Shown here: positions 55,676 through 64,000 of the stretch, piece by piece
Numbering within the stretch: position 1 is the stretch's first letter
Layout: the number at the start of each line of letters is the position of its first letter
DNA from: an uncultured Ignatzschineria sp.
GTDB lineage: Bacteria > Pseudomonadota > Gammaproteobacteria > Cardiobacteriales > Wohlfahrtiimonadaceae
DNA length: 64,000 nt
Reading direction: 5' to 3'
NCBI GenBank assembly: GCA_945639195.1
Contig: CALZEE010000007.1
Span: 87,210 to 151,209 of the forward strand
Made by a program: the position numbers and the translations under genes
The notes under the pieces: generated by a model
Databases searched by the model: none
Told to the model about the DNA's origin: nothing
The model's input: only the letters and a program-made list of their open reading frames with translations

Positions 55676-56608
55676 TTACCGTGAGATCGGCAGCTTACTA
55701 CCAGAAAGAGATCTTTCCAGAAGAACATCTCCTCTAAATTGATAGAGTCTTGCCGGTCTACCAGGGTTATTTTGATCCATCTGGCCAGTCTCTTCGATCA
55801 GCGCCTGTTGCATTATAAAACGTCGGAAGTTTTGCTTATGAAGTAAAACACCGCCTAGCGCCTCGATACTTTGTTGCAGTTGGAGGAGCGTGAATTGTGC
55901 GGGCATGAGTTCAAAAATGACCGGACGATATTGGATTTTTGCTCTCAGGCGCGCCATTGCCGAAGCTAAAACACGGCGATGATCATGATCCATCGATTTC
56001 CCAATAAATTTAACAGGAAGGAGAGGCGCCGTTGTCGTCGCTTCAGGGATCATACCGATCTCGTACATGAGTTCATAACGTTGAAGGACGTATTCATCAT
56101 TCCAAGTAAAAGGCGCAATTCCCCAGCAGAGTTGAATCCGCTGCTGTCTGAACTTTTGCTCAGAAACACTGCTTCCACGACTTACCCAATGCCTAAAGAG
56201 CGGGATAAAGTGAGAAGCAATAAACTCTGGGCGCCCCATGCGATGATCTTCCCAAGGGAAATATTCATACCAATTACGCCAAATCGCCTCGGATTCAAGG
56301 TGGTTTGTCTCTTCTTGTACCAGCCCGAGATAACTAATATAGATCGGGAAATGACCGCTCGATGTTTGACGATTTGTATCAACAAATGTATAGAGTTGCT
56401 CCACATAGCCAAGTGGCTGGTGGGTTTGCGTTTCTACCCATTGACGAACACCCGCTTGCAAAGAGCGATGAATTGGGGTTAAAGGCCCAGAGGGTAGTGA
56501 ATCTCCTGAATGTACGGTTAATACTTTTGCTTCAGAATCAGTCACAGAGATGAGCACAGCTGCGAGCTCAGTTGTGCCTTCTTCGAGCGTATTAAACGGT
56601 TTATTCAT
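55676..56608 (-). CDS. nrtR: Nudix-related transcriptional regulator of NAD metabolism (NrtR-like). Degenerate Nudix domain plus C-terminal winged-helix domain.
   Basis: 310 aa, adjacent to nadA/nadC. The C-terminal block FTLLQLQQSIEALGGVLLHKQNFRRFIMQQALIEETGQ resembles the NrtR wHTH (FT..ELQ..YE..LG...DKRNFRRK). The Nudix box is degenerate. Confidence 0.55.
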   Translation of the reverse strand: MNKPFNTLEEGTTELAAVLISVTDSEAKVLTVHSGDSLPSGPLTPIHRSLQAGVRQWVETQTHQPLGYVEQLYTFVDTNRQTSSGHFPIYISYLGLVQEETNHLESEAIWRNWYEYFPWEDHRMGRPEFIASHFIPLFRHWVSRGSSVSEQKFRQQRIQLCWGIAPFTWNDEYVLQRYELMYEIGMIPEATTTAPLLPVKFIGKSMDHDHRRVLASAMARLRAKIQYRPVIFELMPAQFTLLQLQQSIEALGGVLLHKQNFRRFIMQQALIEETGQMDQNNPGRPARLYQFRGDVLLERSLSGSKLPISR

Positions 56609-57105
56609 TGATTGATCACTTCTAGTTTTGGGTAAATAGAGAAACGGATTCTTATTATAGGGGAAATGGATGGTGAAAGGTATTTTCTTAGTGGGTGCGC
56701 CTTATCTTGTATGAGGGGGTGATCCTTGGGGGGTGTGATTATCATCTATTGCGCTGTAATCGCTTGGAATATTGTGGTGGAGTACAGCGATAATGGGAAA
56801 TAGTGATCTAGGTTAACAACTAAATTAAAAGATAGTTAAACTTATGTAAATTTATGCTATGTTCGATATGTGTGCAGGATCTCATCATTAATTGAGATGA
56901 CATCCTGACATATATCACTTTATGAATAAGGGTAAATCATCAAGACAGGCAGGGATAATTTTATCTTGTTCTTGAAATAAGCATCATACGTTACCCCAGT
57001 GTCTGAGGCACTGATCATTCATATTGTTATAAATGAACCATAATAAAGATAATAATGATCGAAAAGATCAATAATCAAAATATCAAAATAGACTACAAAG
57101 TTTAA

Positions 57106-58128
<1,023 letters not shown>

Positions 58129-58278
58129 GCATTTGTCGTTGTACGAAGCTTAGGCGTTGTGTATCAAAGTGCGGGTTTCCCGCACTTGTTTTCTTAAAAT
58201 GATCTTTTAATAAGCCAGCTATCTTGCAATAAAGGCAAGATAGCGCGGTTTACTGTATGTGAAAAAGAGAGGAGTTCT

Positions 58279-58956
58279 ATGTTTCTCAATGCATACCAAA
58301 CATTGGATAAAGCTTGGCAAAAGCTTGAGATTTTTGTCACAGTTCTGATTCTATCCGCGATGACATTTGTGACTTTCACCTATACGATGCTCAACAATCT
58401 GTATACCCCTTTTTATAACTTGGCGGATTGGATTGCCGGAGATGAACCTTCGGTATTAGAAGATTTCTTCTTAAATGCCGGGGATACGATGATGGATCTT
58501 GCGGCCTCTATGAATTGGTCTAATCGTTTTACTGCCGCATGTTTTGCATGGTTGATTTTTTTCTGCATGTCCTACGGAGTTCGAATTGGCGGTCATATTG
58601 GGGTAGATGCCTTAGTAAAAGTATTCCATAAACGCGTGCAAAGAACCTTGGCTTACTTAGGTTTAGGGGCTTGTCTGCTCTATGGTGGCATTATGCTCTT
58701 TGCGAGTCTTGATTGGGTGATGAACTTCTATAAATTAGGAACATTTGCGGAAGATCTGGATCGCTTTGGGGTGAGACGTTGGCATATTACGATGATTGTT
58801 CCTATTGGATTTACACTCTTAATCCTTCGTTATTTAGAAGTTGGCTATCGAATTATTACGCATCAGCAAGATGGGCTTGGGTTAGCCGATGAAGCCAAAG
58901 ATGCAATCGAAGAGATTGCCGGGGTCGAAGGAATTAAATTAGGAGAGAAGCAATGA
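58279..58956 (+). CDS. dctQ: TRAP transporter small permease (DctQ), copy 1
   Basis: 225 aa, 4 TM segments, overlaps dctM by 4 bp. Confidence 0.85.
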   Translation: MFLNAYQTLDKAWQKLEIFVTVLILSAMTFVTFTYTMLNNLYTPFYNLADWIAGDEPSVLEDFFLNAGDTMMDLAASMNWSNRFTAACFAWLIFFCMSYGVRIGGHIGVDALVKVFHKRVQRTLAYLGLGACLLYGGIMLFASLDWVMNFYKLGTFAEDLDRFGVRRWHITMIVPIGFTLLILRYLEVGYRIITHQQDGLGLADEAKDAIEEIAGVEGIKLGEKQ

Positions 58957-60236
58957 CCATTTTATTTTTATTTGTATTGCTCTTTGCCTTAATGCTGATC
59001 GGCGTACCTGTTGCGATCTCATTGGGATTATCGAGTGCATTAACAATTATGTTTTTTAGTGCTGATTCGCCGCGAAGTTTAGCCATCAAAATGTTTGAAA
59101 CCTCTGAACATTCAACGCTTTTAGCGATTCCATTTTTCCTGATTGCCGGCGCCTTTATGACGACGGGCGGCGTTGCGCAGCGCCTTATTGATTTTGCAAA
59201 CGTCTGTGTCGGGCATATTCGCGGTGGGCTTGCGATTGGTTCGGTATTAGCTTGTATGCTCTTTGCGGCGCTCTCTGGCTCAAGTCCGGCAACGGTTGCT
59301 GCGGTTGGTTCGATCGCTATTGCCGGGATGGTGCGTTCAGGTTACACGCAAGAATTTGGGGCAGGAATCATTTGTAATGCCGGGACGCTAGGGATCTTAA
59401 TTCCACCCTCAATTGTGATGGTTGTTTATGCTGCAGCGACTGAACAATCAGTCGGTAAGATGTTTATTGCCGGCGTTGTACCGGGCGCGTTGCTCGGTGT
59501 CGCATTAATGATTGCGATCTATATTGTTGCGCGCATTAAGAAACTCCCCGCGCAGCCAAGGGCAACAGTAAGAGAGTGGCTAGGTGCATTTAGACGCGCA
59601 ATGTGGGGCTTACTGTTAATGGTGATTATCCTTGGCGGGATTTACACCGGAATGTATACGCCGACAGAAGCGGCTGCAGTTGCGGCAGTTTATTCGATGT
59701 TTGTCGCGCTCTTTATCTATAAAGATATGCGCATTCGTGATTTCTCCAAGGTGATGCTCGAGTCTGGCAAAATGACGGTAATGCTCATGTTCATTATTGC
59801 CAATGCGATGCTCTTTGCCCATGTCTTAACGACAGAGCAAATTCCGCAAACCATTGCGAACTGGGTCTCAACGATGGGCTTCTCGCCATGGATGTTCCTT
59901 GTGATCGTCAACATTGTTTTACTCGTTGCCGGAAGTTTTATGGAGCCATCGGCGGTGATTTTAATCTTAGCGCCGATCTTCTTCCCGATTGCGATGGAGC
60001 TTGGAATTGACCCAATTCATCTCGGGATCATTATGGTGGTTAATATGGAGATTGGTTTAATCACACCGCCGGTGGGCTTAAATCTCTTCGTATCATCAGC
60101 AGTGACTGGCATGCCGATCACAAAGACAATTCGAGCAGCATTACCATGGCTCATGATTCTTCTCTTCTTCTTAATACTCATTACCTATATTCCTAATATC
60201 TCATTAGGATTACCAAAATTATTGGGTGTGATGTAG
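58953..60236 (+). CDS. dctM: TRAP transporter large permease (DctM), copy 1
   Basis: 427 aa polytopic DctM-family protein. Confidence 0.9.
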   Translation: MTILFLFVLLFALMLIGVPVAISLGLSSALTIMFFSADSPRSLAIKMFETSEHSTLLAIPFFLIAGAFMTTGGVAQRLIDFANVCVGHIRGGLAIGSVLACMLFAALSGSSPATVAAVGSIAIAGMVRSGYTQEFGAGIICNAGTLGILIPPSIVMVVYAAATEQSVGKMFIAGVVPGALLGVALMIAIYIVARIKKLPAQPRATVREWLGAFRRAMWGLLLMVIILGGIYTGMYTPTEAAAVAAVYSMFVALFIYKDMRIRDFSKVMLESGKMTVMLMFIIANAMLFAHVLTTEQIPQTIANWVSTMGFSPWMFLVIVNIVLLVAGSFMEPSAVILILAPIFFPIAMELGIDPIHLGIIMVVNMEIGLITPPVGLNLFVSSAVTGMPITKTIRAALPWLMILLFFLILITYIPNISLGLPKLLGVM

Positions 60237-60283
60237 TCAGTAAACTGACAGAGAAAAGCTTGTTGAGATAATACAGTAAGAAC

Positions 60284-60322
60284 AGCCGATAAGGGAGAGC
60301 TCCTTTATCGGCTTTTTTGTTT
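60284..60322 (+). terminator. Rho-independent terminator of the first dctPQM operon
   Basis: AGCCGATAAGG-GAGAGCTC-CTTTATCGGCT followed by TTTTTTGTTTTT. Confidence 0.7.
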
Positions 60323-60692
60323 TTCATAATTTAAGTTCTTATGCATATAAGTATCATGCTGTTTTTTATAAATTTATTGATAAAAAAATGTAAATGTTTT
60401 ACAGAACTATTGAGGGATAAAGTGATTAATTCTGCCAAAAGCCAATAGATATCATGAAACACATTGAAATCATTTTCTTACACAAAAAAACAATACTGTT
60501 TTTCATTTTATTACTCAAGGATTATGCTATGTTCTCAATATGTGTTTAGTCTTATCTCTCAATAAGATAGACGGTTTATGCATGAGTATAAGAAATTTCG
60601 GTAGGCGCTTAATGTTGAATAATAAAAAGAGCACAACAATCCCATCTTCCGATTCACAGAATTCTTAGAAATAGAAATTGACCACGTCATGA

Positions 60693-61745
<1,053 letters not shown>

Positions 61746-61883
61746 CTGTATTACCTAAGCAGTACAGTATTAAATCCCTCATTTTTTGAGGGATATTCAT
61801 ATTCTTTTAATCTCCCTATCTTTTTTAAACCCCACAACTTGTGGCTAGGAGAGGGAGGCTATTTTGTCAAAAAAGGATGTTAT

Positions 61884-62561
61884 ATGTTTTTTAATCTATA
61901 TCAAGCGTTAGATAAGGGTTGGCAAAAGGTCGAGGTTTTTATTACCGTTGCTATTTTGACGCTGATGACCTTCGTGACTTTTGTCTATACGATGCTCAAT
62001 AATCTCTATACGCCCTTTTATAGTTTAGCGGATAAATTTTCTGGCGATGAGCCCTCTGCATTAGAGGATATCTTCTTAAATATCGGGGATACGATGATGG
62101 ATCTCGCTGCATCCATGAACTGGTCTAATCGCTTTACCGCAGCCTGTTTTGCATGGTTGATCTTCTTTTGTATGTCTTATGGTGTTCGGATTGGTGGGCA
62201 TATTGGCGTGGATGCGTTAGTGAAGCTCTTTAAAAAAAGAACTCAACGATTTTTAGCATATGTGGGTTTAGGAGCTTGTCTCCTTTATGGTGTAATTATG
62301 TTTTTTGCGAGCCTTGATTGGGTCTTTAATTTTTATCAGCTAGGGACTTTCGCAGAAGATCTGGATCGCTTTGGTGTGAGACGTTGGCATATTACGATGA
62401 TTGTTCCGATCGGTTTCTTATTGCTTTTTTTACGATTTTTAGAAGTCGGATATCGAATTATCACCCATCAACAAGATGGTCTTGGTTTAGCAGACGAGGC
62501 TAAAGATGCTTTAGATGAAATTGCGAGTGCTGAAAACATTCAACTAGGAGACAAACAATGA
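61884..62561 (+). CDS. dctQ: TRAP small permease (DctQ), copy 2
   Basis: Start MFFNLYQALDKGW parallels copy 1 MFLNAYQTLDKAW. RBS AAGGA. Confidence 0.85.
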   Translation: MFFNLYQALDKGWQKVEVFITVAILTLMTFVTFVYTMLNNLYTPFYSLADKFSGDEPSALEDIFLNIGDTMMDLAASMNWSNRFTAACFAWLIFFCMSYGVRIGGHIGVDALVKLFKKRTQRFLAYVGLGACLLYGVIMFFASLDWVFNFYQLGTFAEDLDRFGVRRWHITMIVPIGFLLLFLRFLEVGYRIITHQQDGLGLADEAKDALDEIASAENIQLGDKQ

Positions 62562-63841
62562 CCATTTTATTTCTATTTGTAATACTTTTTGTTTTGATGT
62601 TGATCGGTGTTCCTATCGCGATTTCATTGGGGTTATCGAGTGCATTAACGATTATGTTCTTTAGCCCCGATTCTACTCGAGGATTAGCGATTAAGATGTT
62701 TGAAACATCAGAACACACCACCTTACTTGCGATCCCATTTTTCCTAATTGCCGGTGCTTTTATGACAACGGGTGGCGTTGCACAACGGCTCATTGATTTT
62801 GCCAATGCTTGCGTGGGGCATATTCGTGGAGGTCTTGCGATTGGTTCGGTATTGGCTTGTATGCTTTTTGCCGCGCTCTCGGGTTCTAGTCCCGCAACAG
62901 TTGCCGCAGTGGGTTCTATTGCCATTGCCGGGATGGTGCGTTCTGGATATACACAAGAATTTGGGGCAGGGATTATCTGTAATGCCGGAACATTAGGGAT
63001 TTTAATCCCACCCTCAATCGTCATGGTTGTGTATGCAGCCGCAACAGAGCAATCTGTAGGTAAAATGTTTGTTGCAGGTGTTATTCCTGGGATTTTGCTA
63101 GGGATTGCGTTGATGGTTGCGATTTATATTGTCGCGCGAGTTAAAAAACTACCTGCTCAACCACGTGTTTCGGTAAAAGAGTGGCTGGGTGCATTTAGAC
63201 GCGCAATGTGGGGCTTACTATTAATGGTGATTATTCTCGGGGGGATTTATACCGGGATGTATACACCTACAGAAGCGGCAGCGGTTGCGGCGGTTTACTC
63301 GATGTTTGTCGCGCTCTTTATCTATAAAGATATGCGCATTCGCGATTTCTCCAAAGTTATGTTGGACTCAGGGAAAATGACGGTAATGTTGATGTTCATT
63401 ATTGCCAATGCCATGCTTTTTGCCCATGTTTTAACAACAGAACAAATTCCGCAAACAATCGCTAGCTGGGTTTCCGAAATGGGCTTCTCACCATGGATGT
63501 TCCTTGTGATCGTGAATATTGTGTTGTTAATTGCGGGGAGTTTCATGGAGCCATCGGCAGTGATCTTAATACTTGCACCGATCTTCTTCCCGATTGCAAT
63601 GGAATTGGGTATTGATCCTATTCACTTAGGAATTATCATGGTGGTCAATATGGAAATAGGCTTGATTACACCACCGGTAGGACTGAACTTATTTGTAACT
63701 TCCGCAGTAACGGGTATGCCAATTACTCGCACGATTAAAGCCGCATTGCCATGGTTAATGATCTTACTGGTCTTCTTAATATTAATTACTTATATTCCTG
63801 CAATCTCCCTCGCATTACCGAATTTCTTGGGAATGATGTAG
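62558..63841 (+). CDS. dctM: TRAP large permease (DctM), copy 2
   Basis: 427 aa, over 90% identical to copy 1. Confidence 0.9.
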   Translation: MTILFLFVILFVLMLIGVPIAISLGLSSALTIMFFSPDSTRGLAIKMFETSEHTTLLAIPFFLIAGAFMTTGGVAQRLIDFANACVGHIRGGLAIGSVLACMLFAALSGSSPATVAAVGSIAIAGMVRSGYTQEFGAGIICNAGTLGILIPPSIVMVVYAAATEQSVGKMFVAGVIPGILLGIALMVAIYIVARVKKLPAQPRVSVKEWLGAFRRAMWGLLLMVIILGGIYTGMYTPTEAAAVAAVYSMFVALFIYKDMRIRDFSKVMLDSGKMTVMLMFIIANAMLFAHVLTTEQIPQTIASWVSEMGFSPWMFLVIVNIVLLIAGSFMEPSAVILILAPIFFPIAMELGIDPIHLGIIMVVNMEIGLITPPVGLNLFVTSAVTGMPITRTIKAALPWLMILLVFLILITYIPAISLALPNFLGMM

Positions 63842-63901
63842 GGCGTATTAATTAACAGATAAAAAGTTAAATGGAGAGAAAATATTGCTCTCATAACGCG
63901 T

Positions 63902-63937
63902 AAAAGCCAATAAGGAGAATATCTTTATTGGCTTTTT
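63902..63937 (+). terminator. Rho-independent terminator of the second dctPQM operon
   Basis: AAAAGCCAATAA-loop-TTATTGGCTTTTT. Confidence 0.65.
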
Positions 63938-64000
63938 ATTGCTTTAAAAATAGGGGCTGTTGAACATTGTAGTTCAAAATAAAAAAAGCGAGCGGTAGAA

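Noticed and set aside
62500-63024. 174-aa minus-strand ORF inside dctM copy 2, with similar antisense ORFs in dctM copy 1
   Set aside because: Antisense to a highly conserved permease gene, present in the paralogue only as a fragment.

Overview
This 64-kb window reads as a core chromosomal segment of a Gammaproteobacterium. It is about 40% GC by eye. Gene order is partly enterobacterial-like (rluD/pgeF divergent from bamD, then waaA). No rRNA, tRNA, CRISPR array, IS element or prophage was recognised. About 45 protein genes are supportable.

The most interesting locus is a four-gene minus-strand cluster at 27852-37069, inserted between ybaN/hemO and leuS:
- an NfeD/YqiJ-like membrane protein;
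- a 663-aa SPFH/flotillin (YqiK-like) protein;
- after a 510-bp ORF-free spacer carrying a U-less 11-bp-stem hairpin, a 1644-aa protein whose only recognisable module is a MoxR/AAA_5-type P-loop ATPase, positioned about three quarters of the way along;
- a 315-aa Q/L-rich coiled-coil protein 45 bp downstream.
I could not assign the giant ATPase or its partner to any described family, so this is the best candidate for an undescribed membrane-associated system.

Recognisable genes, in order:
- recX, then a 1139-aa fused Fe-S/FAD oxidoreductase (GltD-like plus PyrK-like);
- rluA, tpx, a glutaredoxin-like protein, yaiI, a universal stress protein;
- codBA, gapA, pepA, pgeF, rluD, bamD, waaA, monomeric NADP-isocitrate dehydrogenase;
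- a Fur-box-bearing TonB-dependent receptor plus heme oxygenase hemO, then ybaN;
- leuS, an orphan polar-amino-acid-type ABC ATPase, a cysteine desulfurase with a roughly 150-aa C-terminal extension;
- two CDP-alcohol phosphatidyltransferases (one is pgsA), guaB, lysS, an AspT/YidE-family transporter;
- nadC, nadA, a Nudix-type NrtR-like regulator;
- two tandem, diverged copies of a complete TRAP dctPQM operon.

Other notable features:
- the 8-bp palindrome TGCCGGCA, often extended to AWTGCCGGCAWT, is strongly over-represented in both coding and intergenic DNA;
- a two-copy 159-bp tandem non-coding repeat lies at 4340-4646;
- a 1.2-kb AT-rich ORF-free tract lies at 49141-50357.
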